From Klebsormidium nitens (lineage: Eukaryota > Plantae > Klebsormidiophyceae), in assembly GCA_000708835.1 (NCBI GenBank), contig DF237222.1, positions 52,564 to 116,563 on the forward strand: a stretch of DNA of 64,000 bases, in the 5' to 3' direction. This document shows, one piece after another, positions 11,950-25,304 of the stretch. Both the position numbers and the translations under genes were made by a program. Each line of letters starts with the position of its first letter. Within the stretch, counting starts at the first letter, position 1. The notes under the pieces were generated by a model that worked only from the letters and a program-made list of their open reading frames with translations, was not told the DNA's origin and ran no database searches.

Positions 11950-14900
11950 TTACTTTCGAAGATTCTGGGATTCGAGAGTCCGTGTCCTCGTGTCGCCCTG
12001 TACACCCAGAAAATCTTGCAGCGCTTGCCAGTAACTTTCCCTGCCCCGCAGCCACGTGTCCATATGCATGCCCGTGGGAAACTCCACGTACACACGGTCC
12101 TGTGCGTTGGTGGCGGCGCGGTACAGCTTCTTCATCATTGCTGGGGGGATCATCTCGTCCTGCAGAAAAGTCAGAGGACTCGACCTCCGGCTCTTCCGCT
12201 TCGTGACATCATCAATACCTGCGAGCTTGCGTGTATGTCCTGGAAGCAAGCTCTGTATCAGCCGACCGGGTAGCCTTGTGCATCGGACCTCAAACTTTGT
12301 TTTGAAAGCTGGGTAGAGCACCGGCATCAGATTCTTACACAAAAAGTAGTAGTCAGGCCACAACAAGGATGCCAATCGAAAGGACGACAGCCCAGTCCAG
12401 AGTGAAGAATTGTGACTTGCTCGGGTTGCCTCCCCAGCGACCACTCACTGTGACGGCTTAGGTCGTCGACGAAAACGCGGAGCCCCACAAATACGAAGCC
12501 CCACAAGCAGCAGTCAAAGCTCGGAGACTTTCGGAGATTATACGACGACCAGAACAGGGATTGTGAGGGTCGAGTTTTGCGGATAAGGAGCTCAGTGGCA
12601 TTTGACACGGACCAAAGTGGCATCATTGAAAACCCGTTGCTGAATGAGACGTTTCATCCCGGGGGTTTTCGACGTCAGGTGGAGCGAACCGCTATCGTGA
12701 CCCCTTCCACACCATGTTGAAGGGCCTTCCAATGCGGGCCTGCTCGCCACCAAAACGGCTAGTATCTCCCATCAACAGTCGCTCCACTGTGTAGAGTAGG
12801 CATCCCTCGCCATCTAAAAAGCTGAGCGGACGAATGCCCACCTTAAGGCCGGACAGGAACAGGATGGGCTCTTTCAGCTCCCGGATCGCTTCGAGAGTCC
12901 GCCACTGGTTCCGCACCAGGAAGTTGAGCGGCTTGTACCCGTTCCCACCGATGACGTACCCGAGGGCGGGCATTAGGATGCCGGCCATGTCCAGGATCGA
13001 TGTGAACGTGTTCTCCAGGATGACCGCTCTCAGCTGCGAAAGAGAAGCCAACGTTTAGAATCGCAGGATATAAAGTCTTCTCCGCAGCCTGCAACGTCAT
13101 GTGTTCGCAACCTGCAACATCGTTATGTTCATCACGATGCTTAGCGTCTTCGAAAGGTCAGAGGTGACGACAAAGCTGTTGCGACAGCAGGTATCAAAGT
13201 GCCGTGTCCAGGACTGATCGGAAACCATTTTGAGCAGGTTTCAAGGTCAGTCGGACATCGAACTTCATGTAACGAGAGCCAGCTCTTTTTGAGCCAATGC
13301 GCACTGAGCAGCAAAATCAAAGCGAGATTCTCGTACTTCGTCCCGAAACGGATCGCCATTGTCAAGTCCCAGAAGAAAGTGGAACGGGAGTTTAACAGAG
13401 GCAGCAAGCATGTTCTTCGAGAGCCAATCAGAGCGTGGAGCTCGAACCGACTGACTTCCGTGAACCAGTGACAGGAGCAGTCCGTTGAGGTGCAAAGAAA
13501 CACTTTAAGGTCCTACCAGGAGAAAAGAAAGTGCCAAAAGGCCTCTGCCGAGTACAAGGGCTGAAGAACAGGGCAACGATCGAGGTAAAGAGGCGCGAGC
13601 AAAAACTGCTGGATCGGAGCCCGTGAGCAAGAAGAGACTCTGACCCAACAAGGGGACAACTCTAAACTTTTCGAGAACAGCTTTGTTCTCAAAGGTATCA
13701 TGCAACGGAGACATAGTCTCCCATCACGCTTTCCAGATATAATACACACCAGCATTCTCCCATAGTCGATGTTACTTGCAACGGTGAGACGGCCTGATCT
13801 CACCTCCCCTGGGTTCTTCCTCGCTAGCTGTGTCGCAACAGCCCCCCCCAACGACCGTCCGAAGGCAATGATCCTGTCCGGATCAATGTCCTCTCTGTTC
13901 AGCAAGTAGTCGAGCGCAGCCTGCAATATAGCCATATGCCCTTCTTTGTGAGCTTTCGGTGTTTCGCAGAACTAATCAAAGGAACTTGACTGGAGTGCCA
14001 ATGAGTGTCGGCAGCGAACGAAGAGTGGATGTCTATAAGCCGAAACAAACCTAAACACGTGGTTCGCCAGGCTGTGAATGATTGGGTTTAGATCAGCCTT
14101 TAACCTACACCGGTAAGAGAGGCGAGAATCAGGGGCCATGTTAGCCGCTCTTCTACCCAAGCTCAATTGGTCAACGCTGACCCTGAGAGCAGAATCGCCT
14201 GCGCCTTGCGGTTCAGCAACGTTGCGTAAATTTTGGACTCTATTGTTTAAAGCTGGGTACACAGCTTCCTCCTTCAACCGGGCCAAAAAGCAGATGTTAT
14301 GAATGTTGCAAAGTGCTTTGAGTTGTTGTTCAATGAGTCCGAATCCAGAAGGGGGCAACAGAGTCAACTCTTACTTGTGCATCCATGACCAGCCCTCTCT
14401 CAGTCGGCGATCCTTCGCTCGCCCCATAGCTGCACATTGGATTCACACCACATACCACTCACCCATTGCAGGCTGGCGTGCAAACCCGTATTGAGAACAA
14501 GGCGTTGCTGACAATCCTGCGTCTGGTTGCTTCCACATCTGAATCAGAGATTGGACTCACAGCGAGCTCTGCAGGGGGTGGCTTCCGGACGTTGAACTCC
14601 CATTAGTCTTCTTTCACTACCTATGCACTGGTTGACACATTTAATGTAAAAAGTCCCCTGACCTGCAGACAACAACCACTGAACTTCCGAAGAACGAGAA
14701 CTCCAGAAACGCCCCATCCTAAGAGATACCATCTTGGGAAGAGTCTCACCCGCGGTACGACAGCAGGAACATGTTGCACCGCAGATGGCGGATCATCATG
14801 ACCACATTCTCGAGGCGATGAGCAATGTCTGCAGAGCTAAGGGGTCAAGGGACTACCAAGATGAACGAAAGAACTGATCGGGTTCTGCATAACTTCTGCA

Positions 14901-15704
14901 ATGAAAAGAAAGAGACTTGAACAATGCTCTTCTGGTATCAGCGAGAATAAGAAGCACCGAGCCAATGGCATCGGGCTCCTTTCTTCATGCCTGGTCATCA
15001 AAAGTGTTGAGGCAGAGCAGACAAATTGTTCAACGTCAAGCGCCAATTTTCATGAGGAAAGAAGGCTGGGGCTCTGACACGAGCGAGCAGCTGAGATGGA
15101 TACTGCCGGCGTTCTCCTGGAAGAACAAAACGGTAGGACCTGCATGGTTTGAGTTACAGAAGTGTATCAGCAGTTAGTGCAGGGGTGCCGCAGTGTGGAA
15201 CATGCTTTCAAGGCAGAGAGGGTCAAGGCTTCTCCCTGAAATGCTCTTCTTTTACAATATTTCAATCAAGTTCGAAGATTCCTCCAGAAGGTCGTATGCA
15301 GCGCAGCTGTCTGAATGTGCCCCCTCCTTCGTGGATTCTAACAGTGTCTGGACAACACCAAAACATTCTAATGGACTTAGCTCGCTAGAAGATCCACAAA
15401 ATGAGCTGCTGGCAACACTATCAAACTCACCAGTGACCGCAGCCTCGCTTCTCAGCCGTGGCGTGGCTCTGATAAACCAACCATGCAACTTGACCCCATC
15501 GGCTGCCCGCAACCAGACGTCTTCATACTCCAACCCAAGCCTGTCCGGAGTATACGGGTACTCCCTAGGCTGACCAGGAATCACGGGAACATAGACCAGC
15601 TTATCTTGAAGCGCCACCAACAAAACCAAGGCAACAGAGGCTAAACCTCCAGCTCCATAGCCAAGGTATTTGAGGACTCCCCCAATCATGCCCATGATGT
15701 TCAT
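11950..15704 (-). CDS. WAV2: BEM46/ABHD13/WAV2-family alpha/beta hydrolase with N-terminal membrane anchor; 7 exons
   Basis: Exons 15704-15431, 15139-15104, 14828-14750, 14429-14375, 13920-13804, 13033-12842, 12159-11950 (963 nt). Motifs: LQDKLVYVP, DGVKLHGWF, PTVLFFQENAGNIAHR, LSYRGYGASEGSP, FGRSLGGAVA (nucleophile elbow), ILENTFTSI, LFLSGLKDEMIP, HMDTW. The last codons overlap a possible donor, so the C-terminus may differ. Confidence 0.92.
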
Positions 15705-16463
15705 GGTGAAGAGCGAAGATACTAGGTTTCAAATGCAGCGAAACCCAGCGACAAGACTAAAGAAGTGCGCAGCTCTTTGGTGAACCTTTAAGCCACGCCC
15801 TTCTGCCACTGGCATCTGAACTTATCAGGACACGGCCAGCTGCAGTCCGCGCCGCGGTGTTGAAGATTCTCAGAAGAAAGGGTGTACGCAGCTTTTATAA
15901 ACAGCAGCAGCATAGAGCCTTCAAGGACAAGCTAATTGCCGCTACAAAGTCTACCAATTGATGCAAGCTTTCAGAGCTCTGCTCAATCCATTCAGCAGAA
16001 CTAAATTCAGCGCCTCTCACTGGCTGAGCCTGAAGCCTGTGACTCAAAACTTCAGAAGGTGAAGCCCTGCTGGTCACGGAGCCTGAGGCCATGGCAGCCA
16101 GTCATGCCAGCTCAGCCAGGAACTTCCACCCGGGGGGAGTTTACCGTGGCGTCCAAGCTGCCGTTGTTTTCCACGCGCCTTCGGCGTGAGCTCTCGCGCA
16201 CTTCTCCAGGCAACAACTGGATAGCCGGTTCTTCACCCGCTTTTGTCCCGCTTATTGCCCCGGGCGCCGACCAACTGTTGCCAAGAGGAGATCATGCCAT
16301 CATGCCAATGGTGAAGGTTGTTGGAAAAGCACACCACCTTTGTGCTTTTTGCTCATTCATTTTTGCTGTCTCCAGCTTGGTGTCCTCAGGTTCAAGCGGT
16401 GAGTCCAAGCGACATTTACCTAGAAAGACAGGTGAAAAGGATTGACCTTCGTAGTCCAAGAGG

Positions 16464-18402
16464 ATGGCTTCTGCAGTTGCCGCAAGCGCCGGCCTCTCTG
16501 CTGGCGCGCTCTCGGGGTGCGCTTCCCTGCGGCGATCAGTTGACGGAGGCCAAAATGCGAATCTTGTCCCTCGAAGGGTGGCAAAGTTGCAGTCAGGGGG
16601 CCTGAATGCATCCACCACGGTCCAAGCTCTCTCTGCAAGGACGTCTTCACAAGTAGCCGCTTTTCAACCCGTAGTGGAGACAAAGTCTGCAGGTGGCAGG
16701 GCGCCTCCTCAAGGACCAAGGGCAGCTGGCCAGGCATACATCTGTCAAGACTGCGTAAGCGATCCAAGTTGCTTTATTCCTCCATGAAAGATTTTTGTCC
16801 AGGTGACGAATGAAAGTTCGCGTGTTTTGAGCAGATTCGTAGACCCGTAGATTCATCAAGTTGGTATCGTCGATCTGACATATGCATCCTTCACCCATGA
16901 GGTCTGAGGTTTCTGAGGTTTCTGAGGTTTCAGCTTGGGTTTCAGCTTCTTATAGCTTTGCTACTTGAATGTGGAATTCACACTGTGCAAGGCATCCCCG
17001 TTTGTGCTGAGCTGGAGGATGGACCAGTGCAACGATGCTCACACAAAAGCACATGGCAAATGTCTTGGCACCAATCATGCTTGGTACAACAAACCACGTT
17101 TCCTCGCATTCTGCACAAAAACTGCAGTGCCTGCACCGTCGGTTTTGCGTTGTTCGAGGAGTGAGATTCCCATCTGCAATCCTCCAGATCATAGGCAAGA
17201 CTTTGTTTGACCATGTGGCTGAGGAACTACACAGATCGTACTCGTTTTCAGCTGCAAAGAGAGATTTCTGTGTGTACTTGGGACCAAAGATGGGAAGCTG
17301 GAGACCCAAGCAGTCCTCCGTCGACGCCAAACCTTGTTGCCACTGATGAGGATACCTTTTCTCTCTCCGCAGGGGTATATCTACAATGAGCGCAAGCCCT
17401 TTGATTCTTTGCCTAGGGAGTACTCTTGCCCAGGTATGGAAGTCAGCTTGCAGCTTGAGGTTATGAGTTCCAAGCTGGCCGCCAAATGCGCGGGGATTCG
17501 GAGCTGACCCCAAAGAATCGGTCGACATTGGGAAAGTCTACATTCCTCTGCTTTGCATGTTGATATTCAGAGAATCTGTTGCAAACATTGGAGTGATTCC
17601 GCAGGTTCGATCCCTTGCTCACAGAAGGTTCCTGTTGCCTGAAATTCTTGGTTGCTTTTGCAGTATGCTCTTCTCCCAAGAGGCGCTTTAAGCCCTACAC
17701 GGCCCCTGTGGCAAGAGACGCAAACAAATTGGATGTCCGGAAAGCAAGGAAGGCTGAGATCAAAGATGCCGGAAAGTAAGTCCTGTTTCTTGCACCAGTT
17801 TCATAAACACGCTGGGATGTTTGTGGGTTCCATCTTGTTGCGGGGCCCACGGAGCCTGCTGACTGTCTGCATCAAGGCTCTGCAACAAAAGGTCTGGTTG
17901 GACGGGCCATCACAGAAATGTGCTGCAATCAAGGTTGGATAATGCAAAGGCCTTGTGAAATTAAGCACAGGCTCTCAGCCAGCAGCTTTTAATGGCTGAT
18001 TGCATCAAAGACGGGCTTGTCTTGGTATGCATAACACTTTCGATATCTCGCTTGACATGGTTAGAAGAGGGAAGGAATTGATGATGGCCGAAGTACTGTC
18101 TGACTGCACAATGCACCATCAGATGAAGCGCCCTCTCAAAAGAAGCAAAAAGAGCAAAAGGTGCTGTATTTCATACTTGATCAAGCTGAGCTCAAGGAGA
18201 CGGCAACCTGGCATCCACCGTTAGTTTCCGGCCCGTGCACACAAGGCTTACCGGGCTTTGCCTTTCTTATGGTAACGTTTTACTCATCAACATACTCTAC
18301 ATTGATCCGCACGTTGTTCTTTGCAGCCCCCTCCCCGCGGTTATCGGAGGAATCATCGTTGTGTTGGCTGGTACATACTTTTACCTGAACTCCACTCTCT
18401 GA
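16464..18402 (+). CDS. Plastid rubredoxin-like protein with C-terminal membrane anchor; 4 exons
   Basis: Exons 16464-16754, 17373-17433, 17664-17775, 18327-18402 (540 nt). The product is a transit peptide, then YICQDCGYIYNERKPFDSLPREYSCPVCSSPKRRF (two CxxC), DVRKARKAE, and a hydrophobic tail AVIGGIIVVLAGTYFYLNST. This resembles the plant rubredoxin-like family with a C-terminal TM. Confidence 0.9.
16903..16950. repeat. Short tandem repeat (TCTGAGGTT)3 decaying into (TTCAGCTT) units, intronic
   Basis: tctgaggtt tctgaggtt tctgaggtt tcagcttgggtttcagctt. Confidence 0.75.
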
Positions 18403-19515
18403 GCCAAGAAGGACAAGGTGAAAGGGTGATCGAGTTTCAGCAGTTTTGGTGTTGCTGGTTATCAGAGTAGCTTGAAGCAAGGTTTCAAGAGAAAGGTAGA
18501 CACGGAGGTCCCTCCAAGGTCTTTACAAAGCGAAATGTTCGTTCCTTCCAATGGGACATGATTGACAGCTGTCAGGTTGAGCACTTGTGACACTGCATGA
18601 GCAGATCAGGACAGCCAAGGTAAATCAGAGTGCGAATGATGAGCCGCCGAACACGCAACATCATTCTGCATATGGGCCTCCATTGAGCCAGCTCGATTGG
18701 AAACAGACCATAGCAACTCAATAATGATTCCGATGACTGTATTGTTGAAGTGGTCGAGGTCATCATCCAATCGCACTTGTGGCACATGGCCATGGATGAT
18801 GACATTGATAGATTCCTTGCCTGTGTCGTTGTATACTACTCTATTGATTCATAAGAACCTCTAGCTATAGGCGCACATGTGTGTGATCACGCAACGAAGT
18901 TCGCATTTTGCACCGTCGAGGTCAAGTGGCTGGCTGCACGTGCGCATCTGCTCTTGCGATTGAGTTCGCGCCGCAATGCATGATCGATGCGTGACCGCTC
19001 TTGCGATATCGAGTCGATCCGGCCTTTGGAATTATTACTCAGACAATTAAATCACTACTCGAAGGTAACGTTGGTGACTACTGTCACTATGAGTCTGTCC
19101 GAACTTAATATTGTGACTAGCCCGTGTACAACTTGACTGAGTCATGATTGCATGAAGGACGTCATCATGTGATGGCGCACTGATACTTAAGATGCAGAGC
19201 TTGTGACACATGCGGATGATGGTCGAACATGCGAGCTCAGATTGACATTTTGCGCCACCGTCTATTCCAATACGATGCATCCAATAGGGCAGTTGCATGG
19301 CTAGCAGCCGCACCAGCAGTCAGATTATCATGAATTGCCAGTTTGCATTTCAGGGTCCACGAATTGCTTGAGAATCAGGTCTGGCTGGTTAAGCGCCCAT
19401 CGAGAGCCGCTACAATGCTAGAGCCCAGCCAAGGTCAGTGCATTCTGGAAAAGACGGAACTTTAATGTAGGCTTCTTCCCAACATCAAACATCGTCAGTT
19501 ATTCCCATCAAGTCA

Positions 19516-22500
19516 TCAATCTGGATCCTCCTCGACAGCAGCTTGAACCGCTCTCATGCTCTGCTTTGCGAACTGTCGCTGATAGAACCTGGCTGCAGGA
19601 TAAGTCGCCGCCGCAAGGAAGTGGCCCGGACGGGAAAAGGCCAGGATGTCGTACCAAACGCTGTCGTCATCCCGCCATTCTACGAGGAAGCGTTCCTCCC
19701 CTGACTGCAAGCTCACGAACAAAGATTTGAAGCAAGACTTCACACGGTTTCTGATTCCCGAATGAACCCACATAAGTAACCCTGGGCCTCTGAAGGCAGC
19801 TTTTCCTGTAGTACTCATCTCAGTAATCTTTGAGCCACGAATCCTAAGATGCATCAAGATGCAAAATCCTCGCTGCCACCGCAAGATCGTTCTTGAGAGC
19901 GTTTGGCTTCTGAGGCAGTCAGCTGCTCACTCCAGCATATCAAAGAGAAGCTTTGGGGGCCTAAGTGCGCAAGTTCTGGTGCGCATAATCTACTCCATGT
20001 TCAAGAACGATTCTGGGGCGCCGCTCTGAAGGGAAAAAAGTCGTGGTAGCTTGTTCCGCGTAAAGCACCCGTTCGGGAAACATTTGGACACTTCGGGTTG
20101 CGTAATCAAAGCGTGTGCACAAGTTAGTCACAGCGGAGTCTCCTCAACTGCAGGTACCCGGACCGGGCGCGTCGAAACTCCTAACGGTTTCCGTCCACAT
20201 TGGCAACGCCAAAAATGCGCGTTTACAGGCTCAGTCAGAAACCCCGTAAAACTTGTTGAGTTAAAGCGTCGGACTAAGTCGACTTACCAATAGGTGGCCC
20301 TTCAACGTCCCGTGCCCATACGCAAACCGCGCCTTCGTCGAGACTCCCCCAGACAACCCTTCTTCCCGCTCAACGGCCCCGGGGCCTACTTTCGCCCGAG
20401 CTTTTCTACCCCCAGAACGACTTCCTCCGTTTCTCTTCTCGTTGGTCGAGCTCTCTTCCCGAGTGCTCGAAGTAGACGGCGAATCTGTGCCGTCATCCAC
20501 GTACAATATCTGCAGCGGGTTAAGCGTCCACACGAGGCCGAACGACCGAGCGACCACCGCCACGCGCTCGCGCTCCCGGATGGGGGTGTCGGGGTCTACA
20601 GTGGCCCACCCTAGTTGGAAGTGCCTGCAAGTGGAAACAGGAGACAAAAGCCTATAACTTGTGATGCTACCAAGATATGCTGATGCGCGCGCGCTCCCGG
20701 ATTGGAAGGTCGGGGTCTACGGTGGCCCACCCTAGTTGGAAGTGACTGGAGGAGGACACAGGAGGCAAAAGCGTTTGAAGACTCTTGATGTGCCTGCGCT
20801 CCCGAAGGTGGGCGTTGGGGTCTGAGGTGGCCCAAAACCTAGTTGAAAGTGCCTCCGATCGGGAATACTGAAGGCAACTGTCGAAACTTGGAAGGCAACA
20901 CCTTCTGTGATCACTCCTGATTCTTTGTTTTCTCAACACACTTGTGCTTGACAAGACAGTGTTGAGAATCTTCTCTATTCGAACCGATCCAAGTGGTCCA
21001 GCAAACTCTTTGTCAGCTCATGGGCAAGCTTGTCTGAATCAGGGGGAACAAGAAGCACCAGATGGAGGAAGCGCTTTGTTTGGTCGAGGAGACGCTTCAA
21101 TGCGTGGACACTTTGGTCAAGCAACCGCTCAAGTGATCAAGACAATGCTTCGCCAGGCTCTCTTTGTATCCAGTAGATAAAGATGCAAGATTTCTTCTAC
21201 GAAATGCTGGAACGATTCGGGAACGAGGAAAGATTGAGCTATGCAACACAAATTATAAACCTAATCTCTCTTCGGAAATCTGCTTCACAGTCCGAAAACC
21301 AAAAGAGGCCTCGCAACACTCAAACGAGTCCAACAACTCATCTGAAGCAATGCGCAAGCGTCGATCGAAAGCGATGGACGAAAACTTGGAGGCTTCGGAA
21401 CTGCGTTGGCTAACGCTGGTGATGTCATAGCCAAAGCCTTTCCAGAATCTAGAACAATTCCGTCCCTCGATCTGTTTTTGAAACGTGATACTCGCTCCCA
21501 TAAAGGTCGGGTTGTTGCTACGATTGAAACAACAGGAAGTCTCTGTCTTAACAGGACAAGATTGTCAACCAGAACAACGTGCATCCCTCAAGCAGTACGT
21601 ACCTCCAATCCCGCACCGCCTTTTTGGCGCGCTGGAAGGCCGCCTCTCCTGACCCAATGCATACTTGATTGTGGTCGATTTGAAAGCGCTTCTTTCGCAG
21701 GGGTTCTACGGCATCAACACCCCCCCTGGTGGTACCGACCAGGTCCGCATCATATGAGAAGTTGTCGTCCCTGCAAGTGAGCAATAATGAATCATATGAC
21801 TCGAAAGGCAAAGCTTAAAAGAATTGTGGGATCTCGAGGTTTTGGCAAGTTTCAGCTACAACGTGCAAGGGACTGCCAATGAACATGGGCAAGGTAACGT
21901 ACAGGACCTATGGCCGGCGCTGGTTGAATGTAAGAGAGTGACATCTTTGGCCTAATATAAGGAAATTGTATCCGACTAAACTGTAGAAAGGTCTTAGGCT
22001 GAGGGGCTCATGTAATTGTGACTACACAACATGTCAATCAAAAGGTAGTACTTGGCTGTTGCAGCAAATCGTGACTAGAAGAGAAAGATGGGCAGATGCA
22101 GAAAACAGGTGAACGCCCAACCCTTCAATTTTCTATTCAGTCGTTTGCCTGCTGAGTCTCGGGCCACTAGATCACACTTGGGTGACCTTCTCTCAAAATT
22201 GACTAACAACCACCTCTCTTACTGTCAATCACTCCGGCTACCAAGACCACATGCAGCGGAGATGCTAAATGCAAGTTCTTTGCTGCATAAGTTTGTGCGT
22301 CCCTGTAAAGCTGCTGAGTTTGTTTCTAGCAATGCCATTTGTTTAAGTCACCCCTTGTCCTCATGATTGAAGGACTTTACGTCCGTCCAATTGATATCCT
22401 CCCCATCCTTATTGTCAAACTTAGTGCGCAAACTTCCAAGGTACACTTCTGCTTGCACTGGCTTTTGATTGTGCCCCCAACACCAGCAGCTGTCCTCATC

Positions 22501-22855
22501 ACCCTTCAGGAAACCCTCCTAAGGAAAGCCACGAAAAGCAGGACCCTGGCTTGGAATGTCCGTGCAATGTTCAACCTAATTGGTTTACTGTCCCACTATC
22601 CTGGTCACAACACTGTTTACCTTGTCCCACTGTGCTACTTAGTTTAATCAATCTTACACAACATTCTTCCAAGTGGGCCGGTGCAGCATTGACCACAAAT
22701 TTGTGTGGTTCGCTGGTCAATAGTGGAAAATGTAGCGAACATGCGGCTCTAAGCTCAATGCAACTCGCTACTCACCGGAGCGATTCTAGGATCTCTCTGA
22801 CTTTTTCTATGGCGGGCTTCCACAGTGGAAACAAGAATGGTCCAGACGGGCCCAT
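19516..22855 (-). CDS. DUF1990 (UPF0548) family protein; 4 exons
   Basis: Exons 22855-22776, 21770-21603, 20624-20288, 19704-19516 (774 nt). Motifs: FSYD..GTT, IGSGEAAFQRAK..V.DWRHFQLGW, NPLQILYV, FAYGHGTLKGHLLSGEERF.VEW, VWYDILAFSRP, QRQFA. It carries a long Ser/Gly/Arg-rich insert. Exon 1 is less certain and could extend toward the gap. Confidence 0.88.
20570..20860 (-). repeat. Two decayed copies of the DUF1990 intron2/exon3 junction
   Basis: CACTTCCAACTAGGGTGGGCCAC-like units at 20624 (functional), 20745 and 20852. Confidence 0.9.
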
Positions 22856-23221
22856 TGAAAACGCGCTGATATGCACAGGGCGAGCTGCTAACGACGCGCT
22901 CCTGATCAGATGCTTCGGAGTGACTTTGAACTTCCTCTGGCCAGGACACAATTGCGTGCCCCGGCACGGGATGTGTAGATGAGAAGAAGCCGTGCTGAGC
23001 TGTTTTCTTGGAACAACACAAAAGGCAACAGCACCAGCGTTTCTGTAGATGCTAAGAGGAGCGTCTAGAACTCAGGGTTGCAAATTTCGAACCATAGATT
23101 TCTATGGCGCAGGCAATCTACCAGGACCACTGGATATATTTGTTTGCATTCGGGCCTCATTGCTAGCTCGCGCTGCAGCCAACTCAAACCCCAGCTGGAT
23201 TCTGACTTCAAGTTCTAGGTA

Positions 23222-24159
23222 NNNNNNNNNNNNNNNNNNNNNNNNNNNNNNNNNNNNNNNNNNNNNNNNNNNNNNNNNNNNNNNNNNNNNNNNNNNNNNN
23301 NNNNNNNNNNNNNNNNNNNNNNNNNNNNNNNNNNNNNNNNNNNNNNNNNNNNNNNNNNNNNNNNNNNNNNNNNNNNNNNNNNNNNNNNNNNNNNNNNNNN
23401 NNNNNNNNNNNNNNNNNNNNNNNNNNNNNNNNNNNNNNNNNNNNNNNNNNNNNNNNNNNNNNNNNNNNNNNNNNNNNNNNNNNNNNNNNNNNNNNNNNNN
23501 NNNNNNNNNNNNNNNNNNNNNNNNNNNNNNNNNNNNNNNNNNNNNNNNNNNNNNNNNNNNNNNNNNNNNNNNNNNNNNNNNNNNNNNNNNNNNNNNNNNN
23601 NNNNNNNNNNNNNNNNNNNNNNNNNNNNNNNNNNNNNNNNNNNNNNNNNNNNNNNNNNNNNNNNNNNNNNNNNNNNNNNNNNNNNNNNNNNNNNNNNNNN
23701 NNNNNNNNNNNNNNNNNNNNNNNNNNNNNNNNNNNNNNNNNNNNNNNNNNNNNNNNNNNNNNNNNNNNNNNNNNNNNNNNNNNNNNNNNNNNNNNNNNNN
23801 NNNNNNNNNNNNNNNNNNNNNNNNNNNNNNNNNNNNNNNNNNNNNNNNNNNNNNNNNNNNNNNNNNNNNNNNNNNNNNNNNNNNNNNNNNNNNNNNNNNN
23901 NNNNNNNNNNNNNNNNNNNNNNNNNNNNNNNNNNNNNNNNNNNNNNNNNNNNNNNNNNNNNNNNNNNNNNNNNNNNNNNNNNNNNNNNNNNNNNNNNNNN
24001 NNNNNNNNNNNNNNNNNNNNNNNNNNNNNNNNNNNNNNNNNNNNNNNNNNNNNNNNNNNNNNNNNNNNNNNNNNNNNNNNNNNNNNNNNNNNNNNNNNNN
24101 NNNNNNNNNNNNNNNNNNNNNNNNNNNNNNNNNNNNNNNNNNNNNNNNNNNNNNNNNNN
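23222..24159. other. Assembly gap (938 N)
   Basis: Run of N; the '372 aa' ORF 23049-24167 is an artefact of it. Confidence 1.
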
Positions 24160-25304
24160 CCCCTTAGTGTGAGCTATAATAGTATGGAATTGAAAATTGA
24201 CTCAATGAGTTATGCTGGCATGCCGCGCGCTAGGTTCATGCAAGGCTCGCGCGCCATGCAGCTAGCGGCGGCCGCGCGCCCGGCCAACTTAATCAAAACC
24301 CGCACCGTCACGTGCAACCCCTGAAACCCTAGAAGCGTGCTACCGGTGGCGCGGCCGCGCGACGCAGAGTAATTGAGCATAACAGTAACTTCAGGACAGC
24401 TTGTGCAATGCCGAGGGCAGGACACAAGAGGGACACTGCATACCTACATGCCTCTCAAGCAAGGAGAATGGTGGGAGAGAAGAGCTTCGGAAAGAGACAC
24501 TGAGGTTGAACAGGCATCAAATTGGGAGGGACTCAGCCCGGACACAGTATGGAGGGGGAAAAGAGGGCGCCAGCAGATGCTCTAAAGTCTGCAACATGTA
24601 TTAAGTAACTTACTTCGCAGTAGTACGCTGCTCTTCTAACCCTGCGACAGATGACTGGGGGGCTTATGCTGCCTCCTCTAGAGGTTCTTCACCTCCTTCA
24701 AGAGTATACAATCTGCATGGTCAGCATTCTTGACAAGGCCAACCGGTTGCAAGGGACCGTCATGCAGAAAGAATTGCAGAAACCGACATAAATGGGACCG
24801 GCGCATCCACATGTACTATACTTCAAGATGGGGTTCAGAAGCAGAACACTTGATTGCGGGAAATATAACAATGCATCGATGATCTTCGAGTAGCTAGGGC
24901 ATATGCAATTGGATAGGGACGTTTGACTGCACACGCTTCGACTACACCATGATCATGTGAGTGAACGGAGGCGCAGCTAGTGGGGATAGAATCTCAGGCA
25001 GAAACTTTAAGCCGGCCACAATGAACAATGGATGTACGTGCACACTGAAGTGCAACGTACTGCGAGGTATGAGACATGGACGAGCAGAACGATTTCAATA
25101 ACCGGACATGTCACATATAAGGGCCGACAATCCATCATTGCAGACAATTTGTATGACTCGGATGCACGGGTAAGGATTCTGCCAACTTCACGTTGTGAGA
25201 TTCTGAAAATGCAAGGCGCGAACGAAATGGTTGCATCCTCCATTAGAGCGACATTTAATGTACGGGATGAAAGGGGAATGTGAAGCACTCGAAACAGAAA
25301 TGCT

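Noticed and set aside
23049-24167. 372-aa ORF in the track
   Set aside because: It is almost entirely the N gap.
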